A stretch of 64,000 nt of DNA from an uncultured Acidobacteriota bacterium (GTDB lineage Bacteria; Acidobacteriota; Vicinamibacteria; Fen-336). Where the stretch lies: contig OY970399.1 of NCBI GenBank assembly GCA_963720545.1, positions 1,088,001-1,152,000 on the forward strand, read 5' to 3'. Below, piece by piece: positions 1 to 12,599 of this stretch. The notes beneath the pieces were generated by a model, which worked only from the letters and a program-made list of their open reading frames with translations, made no database searches and was not told where the DNA came from. The number at the start of each line of letters is the position of its first letter. The stretch's first letter is position 1. The position numbers were made by a program, and so were the translations under genes.

Positions 1-1906
<1,906 letters not shown>

Positions 1907-2045
1907 TTTTGGTTGGCTGTCCTTAGGTTCGGCCTGGTACTGCGTAAAGACACTCGTGCCCCGGCGGACGGCGCAAGGCGCCGCCACCGCAGGCACACCG
2001 GGGCTTTAACCCCGCCATCAGTCCCCTCATGCGGAAGGAGAGGAC

Positions 2046-2429
2046 CTACTTGACTTCGACCGTGGCTCCGGCGTCCTCGAACTTCTTCTTGATCGTGGCC
2101 GCCTCTTCCTTGGTGATGCCTTCCTTCACCAGCTTGGGCGCGCCGTCCACCAGGTCCTTCGCCTCCTTGAGGCCGAGGCTCGTCACTTCGCGGACCGCCT
2201 TGATCACGTTGATCTTGTTGGCGCCGGCGCCGGTCAGGTGCACGGCAAATTCGGTCTTTTCCTCGGCAGCGGCAGCGCCCGCGGCAGGCGCGCCGGCGGC
2301 GGCCATCATCACGGGTGCCGCGGCGGCGGCGGAAACGCCCCACTTCTCCTCGAGCATCTTGACGAGCTCGGCAACCTGCATCACCGAGAGTCCGCTGAGG
2401 TCGTTCGCAATCGTCTGAATGTCAGCCAT
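2046..2429 (-). CDS. rplL: 50S ribosomal protein L7/L12
   Basis: AAEEKTEF...[27 protein letters not shown]. Confidence 0.99.
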   Translation of the reverse strand: MADIQTIANDLSGLSVMQVAELVKMLEEKWGVSAAAAAPVMMAAAGAPAAGAAAAEEKTEFAVHLTGAGANKINVIKAVREVTSLGLKEAKDLVDGAPKLVKEGITKEEAATIKKKFEDAGATVEVK

Positions 2430-2485
2430 TTTCCTGTCTTCCTCTTTTTCCCAAATTCAAGCAGCGACGAGATAACCGAAAATTC

Positions 2486-3010
2486 CTATGCGCCCTTCTC
2501 TGCCTCTTCGTGCGCCTTCAGCACCCGCACCATCTGGGTTGCGGGAGTGCTGAGCAAACGCACCAGCTTGCTGGCCGGTGCCTGCAGCATGCCGAGCAGC
2601 GTCGCGCGCAGCTCCGCGAGACTCGGCATGGACGACAGCGCCTTGACGCCGTTGGCATCGAGCATCTGCCCGCCCGAGACGATGCCGCCCTTGACGACCA
2701 GGGTCGGATGGTCCTTCGCGAAGTCGACGAGCACCTTGGCGAGGACCACGGGGTCCTTGCCGTTCCACGCGATGCCGGTGGTGCCGACGAGCTGCGACGA
2801 GAGCTTCTCGATCGGCGTGTCCTTCGCCGCGCGCAGGGCGAGGGAGTTCTTGATGACGCGGTAGGTGGACCCGGACTGCCGCATCTTGCGGCGGAACTCG
2901 GTCACGGCGGGCACCGACAGGCCGGTGAAGTCCACCAGGATGGTGTGCGGCGACTGCGCGAACTCCTTGTGGAGTCCGGCGACGAGCGTTGCTTTTTCAG
3001 TGCGGTTCAT
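2486..3010 (-). CDS. rplJ: 50S ribosomal protein L10
   Basis: MNRTEKA...VDFTGLSV...RVIKNSL; position between rplA and rplL. Confidence 0.98.
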   Translation of the reverse strand: MNRTEKATLVAGLHKEFAQSPHTILVDFTGLSVPAVTEFRRKMRQSGSTYRVIKNSLALRAAKDTPIEKLSSQLVGTTGIAWNGKDPVVLAKVLVDFAKDHPTLVVKGGIVSGGQMLDANGVKALSSMPSLAELRATLLGMLQAPASKLVRLLSTPATQMVRVLKAHEEAEKGA

Positions 3011-3025
3011 TTTGGCGTTCGTCCC

Positions 3026-3730
3026 TTACTGCGCTTCCACCGAGGCGAGGTCGACGCGCACCCCCGGCCCCATCGTCGACGACAACGCGATCGACTTCAC
3101 GTACTTGCCCTTCGCCGCCGCCGGCTTCGCCTTCAGCACGCTGTCGATCAGCGCCTTGGCGTTGTCGAACAGCTTGGCCGTGCCGAACGACACCTTGCCG
3201 ATCGGCGCGTGCACGATGGCGGTCTTGTCCACGCGGTACTCGACCTTGCCGGCCTTGATCTCGCGCACCGCCTTCGCCACGTCGAACGCGACCGTGCCGG
3301 TCTTGGGGTTCGGCATCAGCCCGCGCGGACCGAGGATCTTGCCGAGCTTGCCCACCGACTTCATCATGTCGGGCGTGGCGACGATGGCGTCGTAGTCGAG
3401 CCAGTTCTCGGTCTCGATCTTCTTCACCATGTCCTCGCCGCCGATGAAGTCCGCGCCGGCCTCACCCGCTTCCTTGAGCTTCTCGCCCGAAGCGATGACC
3501 AGCACGCGCTTCGCCTTGCCGCCGAGGCCATGGGGCAGCACCACGGTGCCGCGCACCATCTGGTCGGCATGCTTCGGGTCGACCCCGAGGCGCAGCGCGA
3601 TGTCGACGGTCTCGTCGAACTTCGCAAAGGCGTTGGCCGTCACGGCCGAAACGGCATCGTTCAGCGGGAAGACCTGCTTTTCTCCGATGGCAGACTGGGC
3701 CTTCTTGTACTTCTTACCGACACGTCCCAT
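3026..3730 (-). CDS. rplA: 50S ribosomal protein L1
   Basis: KFDETVDI...[14 protein letters not shown]...[13 protein letters not shown]...STMGPG; ATG 3730 preceded by AAGGAG. Confidence 0.99.
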   Translation of the reverse strand: MGRVGKKYKKAQSAIGEKQVFPLNDAVSAVTANAFAKFDETVDIALRLGVDPKHADQMVRGTVVLPHGLGGKAKRVLVIASGEKLKEAGEAGADFIGGEDMVKKIETENWLDYDAIVATPDMMKSVGKLGKILGPRGLMPNPKTGTVAFDVAKAVREIKAGKVEYRVDKTAIVHAPIGKVSFGTAKLFDNAKALIDSVLKAKPAAAKGKYVKSIALSSTMGPGVRVDLASVEAQ

Positions 3731-3737
3731 TAACTCT

Positions 3738-3793
3738 CCTTCGACGTTTAGCGAAGCCCACGCCTGCGGCGCGCGCCTTTCGTCTCCCACCGT
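3738..3793 (-). promoter_or_regulatory. Possible L1 autoregulatory leader between rplK and rplA
   Basis: Minus strand GGGAG-(GC-rich helix)-CTAAAC just before the rplA Shine-Dalgarno resembles L1-binding mRNA sites; judged by eye only. Confidence 0.4.
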
Positions 3794-3827
3794 TGGCGCG
3801 GCCGGGGCCGCGGCGGTGGTGTGTGTG

Positions 3828-4247
3828 TTAACCGACTTCGACTCCCATGCTCCTCGCGGTGCCGCGCACCGTCTGGATCGCTGCTTCGAGCGTCTCGCAG
3901 TTCAGGTCGGGAAGCTTCAGCTTCGCGATCTCCTCGACTTGCTTGGGGGTGACCTTGCCCACCTTGGTCTTGTTGGGTTCGCCGCTGCCCTTCGCCAGGT
4001 TGGCGGCCTTCTTCAACAATACAGCCACTGGCGGCGTCTTGGTAATGAAGGTATAGGAGCGGTCGGCGTAGACCGTGATGACGACCGGGATGATGAGGCC
4101 CTCGTCCTTGGCGGTCTTGGCGTTGAACGCCTTGCAGAAGTCCATGATGTTGACGCCCGCCTGGCCCAGCGCGGGGCCCACCGGCGGCGCCGGCGTCGCC
4201 TTGGCGGCTGCGATCTGCAGCTTGATCTGCCCGACTACCTTCTTCAT
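3828..4247 (-). CDS. rplK: 50S ribosomal protein L11
   Basis: [35 protein letters not shown]. Confidence 0.99.
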   Translation of the reverse strand: MKKVVGQIKLQIAAAKATPAPPVGPALGQAGVNIMDFCKAFNAKTAKDEGLIIPVVITVYADRSYTFITKTPPVAVLLKKAANLAKGSGEPNKTKVGKVTPKQVEEIAKLKLPDLNCETLEAAIQTVRGTARSMGVEVG

Positions 4248-4817
4248 TTAAAGCTTCTCCACCTGCAGGAAATCGAGCTCGACCGGGGTCGACCGGCCGA
4301 AGATCGTGACCATGACCTTGAGGGTGTTGCGGTCGAGGTTCACTTCCTCGACGATCCCCTGGAAGTTCGAGAACGGCCCGTCGATGATGCGCACGCTCTC
4401 GCCGCGGTCGAACGTGTACTTCGGCTTGGGCTTTTCGATCGATTCCTTGACCTGGACGAAGATCTGGTCGGCTTCCTCGGGCGAGAGCGGAATGGGCCGC
4501 TGCCCCGAGCCGACGAAGCCGGTGACCTTGGGCGTGTTGCGCACCAGGTGCCAGGCCGAGTCGGGAATCTTCTTGCCGTCCGGACCGTCCTCGGTTTCGA
4601 TCTCCACCAGGATGTAGCCCGGGAAGAAGCGGGTAGCCGTCTGCACCTTGCGGCCCGCCTTCATTTCCACCACTTCCTCGGTGGGGATCTCGATGCGGCC
4701 GATCTGGTCCTCGAGGCCGTAGGCCTTGGCGCGCTGCTTCAGGCCGTCGGCAACCTTCTTCTCGAAGCCGGAATAGGTGTGGACGATGTACCAGTGCTTC
4801 GCCATCTGTGCCTGCAT
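4248..4817 (-). CDS. nusG: Transcription termination/antitermination factor NusG (alternative start ATG 4805)
   Basis: [25 protein letters not shown] motif [23 protein letters not shown]. Confidence 0.99.
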   Translation of the reverse strand: MQAQMAKHWYIVHTYSGFEKKVADGLKQRAKAYGLEDQIGRIEIPTEEVVEMKAGRKVQTATRFFPGYILVEIETEDGPDGKKIPDSAWHLVRNTPKVTGFVGSGQRPIPLSPEEADQIFVQVKESIEKPKPKYTFDRGESVRIIDGPFSNFQGIVEEVNLDRNTLKVMVTIFGRSTPVELDFLQVEKL

Positions 4818-4819
4818 CG

Positions 4820-5092
4820 CTATTGGCTCAGGATCCGCGAGAACAGGCGGAAGAACATCATGTCCAGGCCGAACAGGTAGAAGCCGAACGCGACCGAAGT
4901 CGCGATCACCACGATGGTCGTCGCATACACCTCGGCGCGCGAGGGCCAGGTGACCTTGCGCAGCTCGCTGCGGACTTCGGAAAAGAACGTGCGCAGCTCG
5001 CGCAGCTTGCGCGGTACCACGCCGAGGACGGATGCGGCTCCGCCCCCGTTCGATTCGGCCTTGTCGATCTTCTTTGCTTCAGCCACTGCCAT
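4820..5092 (-). CDS. secE: Preprotein translocase subunit SecE
   Basis: [17 protein letters not shown] followed by one TM helix; upstream of nusG. Confidence 0.97.
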   Translation of the reverse strand: MAVAEAKKIDKAESNGGGAASVLGVVPRKLRELRTFFSEVRSELRKVTWPSRAEVYATTIVVIATSVAFGFYLFGLDMMFFRLFSRILSQ

Positions 5093-5120
5093 CTTCTTTT
5101 AGTTCGGTCGAGCGCTCGGT

Positions 5121-5196
5121 TGGCAGGCCAGGAGGGACTCGAACCCCCAACCCTCGGTTTTGGAGACCGATGCTCCACCAATTGAGCTACTGGCCT
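5121..5196 (-). tRNA. tRNA-Trp (CCA)
   Basis: AGGCCAGTAGCTCAATTGGTGGAGC...CTCCAAA...GGTTCGAGTCC...GCCA, 76 nt cloverleaf. Confidence 0.97.
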
Positions 5197-5235
5197 TTAG
5201 TGATGCCGATGCGTCCTTGTGCCGTGCGGCTGGTG

Positions 5236-5385
5236 TCACTTCGTTTCTTTGTGGGCGGTGTGCTTGCGGCAGAACGGGCAGAACTTGCTCATCTCCAGCC
5301 GTTCCGTGGTCTTCTTCTTGTTCTTGGTGGTCGCGTAGTTGCGGTTCTTGCAGTCGCCGCACTGCAGCGTGATGTTGTCGCGCAT
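5236..5385 (-). CDS. rpmG: 50S ribosomal protein L33 (Zn-binding form)
   Basis: Manual translation [49 protein letters not shown] (49 aa, below ORF-track cutoff). Confidence 0.98.
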   Translation of the reverse strand: MRDNITLQCGDCKNRNYATTKNKKKTTERLEMSKFCPFCRKHTAHKETK

Positions 5386-5389
5386 CTGA

Positions 5390-6589
<1,200 letters not shown>

Positions 6590-6658
6590 GCTGAAACTCC
6601 TCGAGCCTCGATAAAGATGAAGACGCTTGCGACACGCATGCGTTCAAACGTTCAATTC

Positions 6659-6734
<76 letters not shown>

Positions 6735-6769
6735 CCGACCGACCCCATCGCGTCATGCGCTCTTCATGG

Positions 6770-6845
<76 letters not shown>

Positions 6846-6889
6846 GTCGGACTTGACCCCACGTCACGCGAATTCCATTTCGCGAAAGG

Positions 6890-6976
6890 TGGTGGGGAGG
6901 GAAGGATTCGAACCTTCGTAGCCCTGGGGGCGACAGATTTACAGTCTGTTGCGTTTGACCGCTTCGCTACCTCCCC
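6890..6976 (-). tRNA. tRNA-Tyr (GTA)
   Basis: GGGGAGGTAGCGAAGCGG...CTGTAAA..., long variable arm, GGTTCGAATCC...ACCA. Confidence 0.97.
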
Positions 6977-7038
6977 CAAGACCTTGCCGAACTTTTTTCT
7001 GGTGCCGCGCTGCCTCGCTTGCGTGCGGCTTTGGCGGG

Positions 7039-7113
7039 TGGAGCTGGCGAAGGGAATCGAACCCCCGACCCGCTGATTACAAATCAGCCGCTCTACCGCT
7101 GAGCTACGCCAGC
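7039..7113 (-). tRNA. tRNA-Thr (TGT)
   Basis: GCTGGCGTAGCTCAG...TTTGTAA...GGTTCGATTCC...TCCA; completes the Thr-Tyr-Gly-Thr-tuf cluster. Confidence 0.97.
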
Positions 7114-7124
7114 GACAAACCCCG

Positions 7125-7153
7125 AGATTACCAGAGCATAGCGGCCCCAGCAA
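7125..7153 (-). promoter_or_regulatory. Putative sigma70 promoter of the tRNA-tuf operon
   Basis: TTGCTG-N17-TAATCT ending 11 nt upstream of tRNA-Thr(TGT). Confidence 0.6.
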
Positions 7154-7165
7154 GAGGGGTGCCGC

Positions 7166-8659
7166 TCAGGAATTCTGCGGCGGGGCGCCTCCGGGGCCCT
7201 TGCGGCGCCGGCGCCGCCGCCGGCGGGGTCCCTGGCGGGCGTCGGGCGGCCCCCCCGGCCCCGAGTGGGGCGGTCCTTCGCCCGGCTCGCCGCCCGATTC
7301 GCCGCTGCGCTCGGGCCGCGGCTCGCGCGGCTCACCGTGCTCGTGCGGCCCGGGTGCGTCCTCGGGGCGCCTTGGGCCGCGCCCGCGGCGGCGGCGGCGC
7401 GGTCCGCGCTGTTCGCGTTGATCGCCGCGGTCGCTGCCCGGGGCCTGCGGCCGGTCCGAGCCGCCGTCGGGACCGTCGGGACGATGCGGCGAGGCCCCCT
7501 CGCTACGCTCGGGGCTGTCGCCCCCGCGCTCGGGGCTGTCGCCCCCGCGCTCGGGGCGTTGGCCGCGACCGCGGTGTTCGCCGCGCTCGCGCTTGTCGCC
7601 ACGGCCGTGGCGTTCGCCGCGCCCATGGCGGTCGCCGCGGCCCTTGCGGTCGCCGCCGCGGCCGCCCTCGCGCTCCGGCCGGATCTGCCCCGCGCCGTTG
7701 AAGGCGCGCTGCGGCGCACCGCGCGACGGCTCGCGCTGGTCGTCGAGCCCGTGGGGTGCGGTGACGTCCCAGGCGTTGTCCTCCTCGATCTCCACGTCAT
7801 CCTGCACCGCATCCGCCAGCTGGCGCGCGTGATCGCCCGCGCCTGGATCGTGCTCGAGATCGTCCGCGGCCGGGCCGACGATGAGCCGCGTCGCGGTCTT
7901 CGGCCGCGGCGGTATCGGCTTGACGTGGCTTGCGGCCAGGCCGCGCTGGCGCACCGCTTCGTAGAGCGCGATGCCGGCGGCGACCGACACGTTCAGCGAC
8001 TCGACATGGCCGAGGAGCGGCAGCGACACGACATGGTCGCAGTGCTCGCGCACCAGGCGGCGGATGCCCTTGCCTTCGCCGCCGAGGACGAGGGCGATGG
8101 GCCGCTTCAGGTCGACTGCGTCCCAGCGCTCCTTGCCCGACGCGTCGAAGCCGACCACCCAGACGTTGCGCGCCTTGAGCGCCTCGATCGCCTGCACCAG
8201 GTTGCCGACGCGCGCCACCTTCACGTGCTCGAGCGCGCCGGCCGAGGCGCGCGCCACGGTTTCCGACAGGCTCGCGCTGTGGCGTTCGGGGATGAGGACT
8301 CCGTCGGCGCCGGCCGCTTCTGCGGTGCGCAGGATCGCGCCCAGGTTGCGCGGATCCTCGACGCCGTCGAGCACCACGAACAGGCCCGGCTCTTTCGACT
8401 GCGCCAGCAGGTCGTGCAAGGACAGCACCGACTTCTCTGAAACGACCGCGATGATGCCCTGGTGCGGCGTGCCCGAGGCGAGGCGGTCGAGCGCCTCGCG
8501 TGGCTCGAAGCGCAGCGGCACGCCGCCCTGGCTCGCGAGCGCGATCGCGTCGGAGATGCGCTTGTTGCGCAGCCCCTTCACGATCAGCAGGCGGTCGAAG
8601 TGCCGGCTGCCGGCGCGCAGCGCCTCCACCACCGGGTTGATTCCGCAGATGAGGTTCAT
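7166..8659 (-). CDS. rlmB: 23S rRNA (G2251-2'-O)-methyltransferase RlmB with long charged C-terminal extension
   Basis: GINPV, HQG, LDGVEDPRNLGAILRTA, GGEGKG, ESLNVSVA; about 250 extra low-complexity residues. Confidence 0.93.
   Translation of the reverse strand: MNLICGINPVVEALRAGSRHFDRLLIVKGLRNKRISDAIALASQGGVPLRFEPREALDRLASGTPHQGIIAVVSEKSVLSLHDLLAQSKEPGLFVVLDGVEDPRNLGAILRTAEAAGADGVLIPERHSASLSETVARASAGALEHVKVARVGNLVQAIEALKARNVWVVGFDASGKERWDAVDLKRPIALVLGGEGKGIRRLVREHCDHVVSLPLLGHVESLNVSVAAGIALYEAVRQRGLAASHVKPIPPRPKTATRLIVGPAADDLEHDPGAGDHARQLADAVQDDVEIEEDNAWDVTAPHGLDDQREPSRGAPQRAFNGAGQIRPEREGGRGGDRKGRGDRHGRGERHGRGDKRERGEHRGRGQRPERGGDSPERGGDSPERSEGASPHRPDGPDGGSDRPQAPGSDRGDQREQRGPRRRRRGRGPRRPEDAPGPHEHGEPREPRPERSGESGGEPGEGPPHSGPGGPPDARQGPRRRRRRRRKGPGGAPPQNS
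7506..7557. repeat. 21-bp tandem repeat (about 2.5 copies) encoding PERGGDS in the RlmB tail
   Basis: cgctcggggctgtcgcccccg x2 followed by cgctcggggc. Confidence 0.9.
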
Positions 8660-8667
8660 GACTCCCT

Positions 8668-9153
8668 TCAGTCTTTCACAACCAGGACGACGGCCTGCGC
8701 CGCGATGCCTTCCGAGCGGCCGATGGCGCCGAGACGGTCGGTGCTCTTCGCCTTGACCGAAACGTCCTGTGTCGAAAGGCCGAGCGCCGCGGCGATGGCC
8801 GTGCTCATGGCACCCAGGTGAGGCGCGAGGAGCGGCGGCGGCTGCGCGATGACGAGCGCGTCGATGTTGCCGATGCGATAGCCGGCGCGCGCGACCACGG
8901 CGGCGATGGCTTCGAGGAACGTCAGGCTCGCGGCCCCGCGCCAGCGCGGATCGCTGCTGGGGAAATGCGCGCCCAGGTCGCCTTGCGCGGCGGCGCCGAG
9001 CAGGGCATCGCCCACGGCGTGCAGCAGGCAGTCGCCGTCGGAATGGCCTTCGAGGTGCTGATCCCAGTCGATCGCGACTCCGCCCAGGCGCAGCGGGCCG
9101 CCGCCGACCAGGCGATGCGCATCGAAGCCTGAGCCGACGCGGACGTTCGTCAT
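8668..9153 (-). CDS. ispF: 2-C-methyl-D-erythritol 2,4-cyclodiphosphate synthase
   Basis: RVGSGFDAH, GHSDGDCLLHA, DLGAHFP, SVKAKS, EGIAAQA. Confidence 0.97.
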   Translation of the reverse strand: MTNVRVGSGFDAHRLVGGGPLRLGGVAIDWDQHLEGHSDGDCLLHAVGDALLGAAAQGDLGAHFPSSDPRWRGAASLTFLEAIAAVVARAGYRIGNIDALVIAQPPPLLAPHLGAMSTAIAAALGLSTQDVSVKAKSTDRLGAIGRSEGIAAQAVVLVVKD

Positions 9154-9833
9154 ATGTTCAGCGGCCCGCGCGCGAGCGGCTCGGCCCAGGCCCAGTCTTC
9201 GATGGTGGTTATCTTGCGGTTGAAGGGCGAACCCGCCACGGCGTGCACAGGCTGCCCGCGCCGCTCGACCGCCATCGATTCGTCAGTGACGGTGGCGCCG
9301 CTGCGTTCGGCGTCTTCATAGGCTTCGAGGAGCGTCGCGTAACGAAAGCCCTGCGGTGTCTGCGCGGCCGCGAGTTCGCCGCGGTCGAGCGTTTCGACGA
9401 TGCGGTCCCCCACCAGGCGCTTCATGGTGTCGGCGACGGCCGCCACCGGTACGGCGGAGCCGTTGCGGGTTGCGCCGTCGATCACGCGTTCGATCACGTC
9501 GTGGTCCACGAACGGCCGCGCGGCGTCGTGCACCAGGACCACCCCGTCCCAATCCTTCGGCAGCGAGCGCAGGCCGGCAAGCACCGAGTCTTGCCGCCGG
9601 GCACCGCCGGCGACCACCGTGCCGAGCTTGGAGCAGGAGGCGAGCTGTTCCCGCGCCGCTTCCATCATGTCGTCCGGGACCACCGCGACAATGGCACTGA
9701 TTCCCGCCGATTCCTCGAAGGCACGCGCCGCTCGCCGCAGGAGGCTCTCGCCCCCGAGCGCGACGAAGGCCTTCGGTCCCTTGCCCAGGCGTTCGCCCCG
9801 GCCGGCGGCCACGAGAATGACTGCAGCGCTCAT
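9150..9833 (-). CDS. ispD: 2-C-methyl-D-erythritol 4-phosphate cytidylyltransferase
   Basis: AAGRGERL, RQDSV, VLVHDAARPF, QTPQGF, NRKITT. Confidence 0.97.
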   Translation of the reverse strand: MSAAVILVAAGRGERLGKGPKAFVALGGESLLRRAARAFEESAGISAIVAVVPDDMMEAAREQLASCSKLGTVVAGGARRQDSVLAGLRSLPKDWDGVVLVHDAARPFVDHDVIERVIDGATRNGSAVPVAAVADTMKRLVGDRIVETLDRGELAAAQTPQGFRYATLLEAYEDAERSGATVTDESMAVERRGQPVHAVAGSPFNRKITTIEDWAWAEPLARGPLNI

Positions 9834-9884
9834 GAAAACGCCTCCCGAGGGAGGCTCCGCGCTGAGGGTACCACGGCGCCGGCG

Positions 9885-11021
9885 CTACTCGCGGTCGACG
9901 AGGGCGAGGCGCGGCTGTGACTGAACGGGAGCTGGCGCAGGCGCAGCGGCGGACGGCGCCGCGGCCGCGAGCTCTTCGGGCGACTCGGCGGTGCGCAACA
10001 GGCGCTCGGTCATGCGGTGCGCGCCGGCGATGTGCTGGCGCAGGGCGTCGCGCGAGTTTTCCACCTGCACCAGCCCGCGCGACAGACGGCTCTCGATTTC
10101 CTCGTCCATCTTGCGCAGGGTCTCGTCGAGCGCGCGCAGGCGCGCGGCGAGCTGGTTGGTGTCGGTGGCGGCGCCGAAGCGCAGCGCGAGGCGATAGACG
10201 GTGAGCACATAGGAAAGCGCCAGCGAATAGGGCACGAGCAGGATGCCCTCGCGGTAGCACTCGGACTGAGCCTCGGGCGCAGCGGCGTAGACGGAATCTG
10301 GCAGCGCCAGGATGCCCATCGCGAGCGTGCGCTCCGGGTCGAGGTACTTCGCCATCTCGCGCGCGCGGCTGCGCACGTCGCGGCAGACCTGCTCGACCAG
10401 TTTCTTGTGTTCGGCGTGGTCCTCGACGAGCGCCAGCTTCTCGAGGCTCGCGGCGCTCGTCCACTTGCTGTCGATCGGCAGGTAGCGGTTGCCGGGCAGC
10501 CGCACCGCGTACTCGACGGTCTTGTTGCCGAACGACACGTTGGTTTCGAGCAGGTCGGGCGGCAGCTGCGCCAGCGTCCGCATGAGGATGTTTTCGCCGG
10601 CCGCGCCGCGCGTGGGCGCCCCTGCCACGACGGCCTCGAGCCGGCGCAGGCTTTCGGCCGAGCTTTGCGCCTGGCGCGACCGGCTCTCCTCGATGGCGCG
10701 GACCTCGGCCAGCGCCTGGTGCGCCATGCCGATTTGCGAGTGCAGGTGCTGCGTGGCGTCGGTGATGCCCTTCCAGGATGCCTCGCGGCCGGCGAGCGCT
10801 TCCTGGCGCAGGTCGGCCTGGGTGCGGCCGAGCGCCGACAGCTCGGAGCGCACCTGGCCCAGGTCGCGCGACACCGACTCGAGCGCCTGGAGCGCCGCCG
10901 GGTCTACCGACGGAGCCGCGGGCCGGCGGCTCGCGAACGCATAGGCCGCCGCCGCCGCGGCCGCCATCAAAAGCGTCACGGCCAGGACCACGATGAGCAC
11001 GTTCTCGAGAGAGAGGTTCAC
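9885..11021 (-). CDS. rmuC: RmuC-family DNA recombination protein
   Basis: N-terminal TM helix, coiled coil, RGAAGE, LPIDSKW, KYLDPERT. Confidence 0.85.
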   Translation of the reverse strand: MNLSLENVLIVVLAVTLLMAAAAAAAYAFASRRPAAPSVDPAALQALESVSRDLGQVRSELSALGRTQADLRQEALAGREASWKGITDATQHLHSQIGMAHQALAEVRAIEESRSRQAQSSAESLRRLEAVVAGAPTRGAAGENILMRTLAQLPPDLLETNVSFGNKTVEYAVRLPGNRYLPIDSKWTSAASLEKLALVEDHAEHKKLVEQVCRDVRSRAREMAKYLDPERTLAMGILALPDSVYAAAPEAQSECYREGILLVPYSLALSYVLTVYRLALRFGAATDTNQLAARLRALDETLRKMDEEIESRLSRGLVQVENSRDALRQHIAGAHRMTERLLRTAESPEELAAAAPSAAAPAPAPVQSQPRLALVDRE

Positions 11022-11953
11022 GCTCCCGAGGGTGCCACGGACCGGGGCCCGGCGGGGTCCGAAACTCCGGCCGCCTTTTCCAGCACCTTGATGATGGCCA
11101 CGATGTCCTCCTGGCCGCTGCCCTGGCCGCGGGCGGCCTGGAAGACCTCGCGGATGGCGGCGAGGCCCGGCATGGGCGCCGCTGCCTGGTGCGCCTCGGC
11201 CAGCATCAGGCCCTGGTCCTTGGCCATCAGGTCGATCGAGAAGTGCTGCTCGAAGTCGCGCTCGGCGAGCGCCTTGCCCTTGAAGGCGTAGTAAGGCGAC
11301 GCGAATCCCGAGGCCTGGATGACATCGACGATCGTCGCGAGCGGGATGCCGAGCTTGCGGCCCGCGACGATGCCCTCGCAGAAGCCTTCGACCATGAAGG
11401 AAATGACCGTGTTGCCGATCAGCTTCACGACGGCGCCGTCGCCGACGTCGCCGCAGCGGATCGCCTTCGCGCCCATCGCCATCAGCACCGGCATCAGCTC
11501 GTCGTGCAGCGCCTGCGAACCGCCCGTCATGAACAGCAGCGTGCCGCGCTCGGCGCCGAGCTTCGACCCGGTCATCGGCGCCTCGAGCATGTCGGCGCCT
11601 TTCTCCTGGAGCGCCTGCGCGATGCGCCGCGACAGGTTCGCCGAAATGGTGGACGACTCAACGTAGCGAAAGCCCGGGCGCACGGCACCGAGCAGGCCGT
11701 CCTGCCCGAAGATGAACCCTTCGACGGCGGCCGGGTCGGCGAGGCACGCGACCACCACGTCGGAACCGCGCGCCAGGTCGGCGGGCGTTGCGGCCTGCTT
11801 CGCGCCGGCGTCGACGAGCGGCCGGCAGCGTTCGGCGGTGCGGTTCCAGACGGCGAGCGGAAATTCCTGCAGCAGAAACTGGCGGGCCATGCGGCTGCCC
11901 ATGAGGCCCATGCCGGCAAATCCGATCCTTGGCTTCGTTGTCGTCGTCGTCAT
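11018..11953 (-). CDS. NAD(P)-dependent oxidoreductase, 3-hydroxyisobutyrate dehydrogenase family
   Basis: IGFAGMGLMGSRMA, WNRT, EAPMTGS, KLIGN, FSIDLMAKD. Confidence 0.9.
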   Translation of the reverse strand: MTTTTTKPRIGFAGMGLMGSRMARQFLLQEFPLAVWNRTAERCRPLVDAGAKQAATPADLARGSDVVVACLADPAAVEGFIFGQDGLLGAVRPGFRYVESSTISANLSRRIAQALQEKGADMLEAPMTGSKLGAERGTLLFMTGGSQALHDELMPVLMAMGAKAIRCGDVGDGAVVKLIGNTVISFMVEGFCEGIVAGRKLGIPLATIVDVIQASGFASPYYAFKGKALAERDFEQHFSIDLMAKDQGLMLAEAHQAAAPMPGLAAIREVFQAARGQGSGQEDIVAIIKVLEKAAGVSDPAGPRSVAPSGA

Positions 11954-11972
11954 CTAGCCTCGAGTCTCCATC

Positions 11973-12590
11973 TCAGCCGCGCTGCGCCACGGGAATCACC
12001 ATCTTCAATCCTGAAAGCGTCTCGGAGAAGGCCATCACCTTGACGTCCACGAGGCCAACCGACGGTCCATACGCGCGAATGTCGTCCTCACGGAACTCCT
12101 TGCGCCCCTTCGGCCACACCACCCAGATGGCGCCGTTCGGCGCGATCCTGCGGCGCAGCTGCGCGAGGCGTGCCAGGTCGAGCTTGCTGTTCATCCCCAC
12201 GATGACGAGGTCCGATCCCGGGCGCGCGCGCCCGATGCTGACCGATGCGGCGCGACCGTCAAGCTCGGCCTCCAGATACGGGTCGTCGACGCCGATCACG
12301 GCAACCACGGAAGCGGGTTTTACACCCAGCTTCTCGATGCGGCCGCGCGGGTAACGGATCTTGAGCGCCCACTTCTCGGCGTTGCTGCCGAGATCGAACA
12401 CCGCGCGCTCGCCACTCTTGCCGAAGACGACGGTGAGCTGGCCGCCGCGCACCTCGACGGACTTCATTTCGGCAAACGGAACCTTGAGGCGGAACGGGCC
12501 GCGGAACGCCAGCTCGTCAGGTTCGAGATGAGCCTTGCCAGCCGCCGCCTTGCCACCCCATGAAACTTTGCATTCGGCCTCGAGACCCAT
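11973..12590 (-). CDS. DUF3052-like protein with N-terminal beta-rich domain
   Basis: KLGVK...GAIWVVWPKG...GLVDVKV pattern recalled for DUF3052 proteins. Confidence 0.65.
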   Translation of the reverse strand: MGLEAECKVSWGGKAAAGKAHLEPDELAFRGPFRLKVPFAEMKSVEVRGGQLTVVFGKSGERAVFDLGSNAEKWALKIRYPRGRIEKLGVKPASVVAVIGVDDPYLEAELDGRAASVSIGRARPGSDLVIVGMNSKLDLARLAQLRRRIAPNGAIWVVWPKGRKEFREDDIRAYGPSVGLVDVKVMAFSETLSGLKMVIPVAQRG

Positions 12591-12599
12591 GCGCACCCC

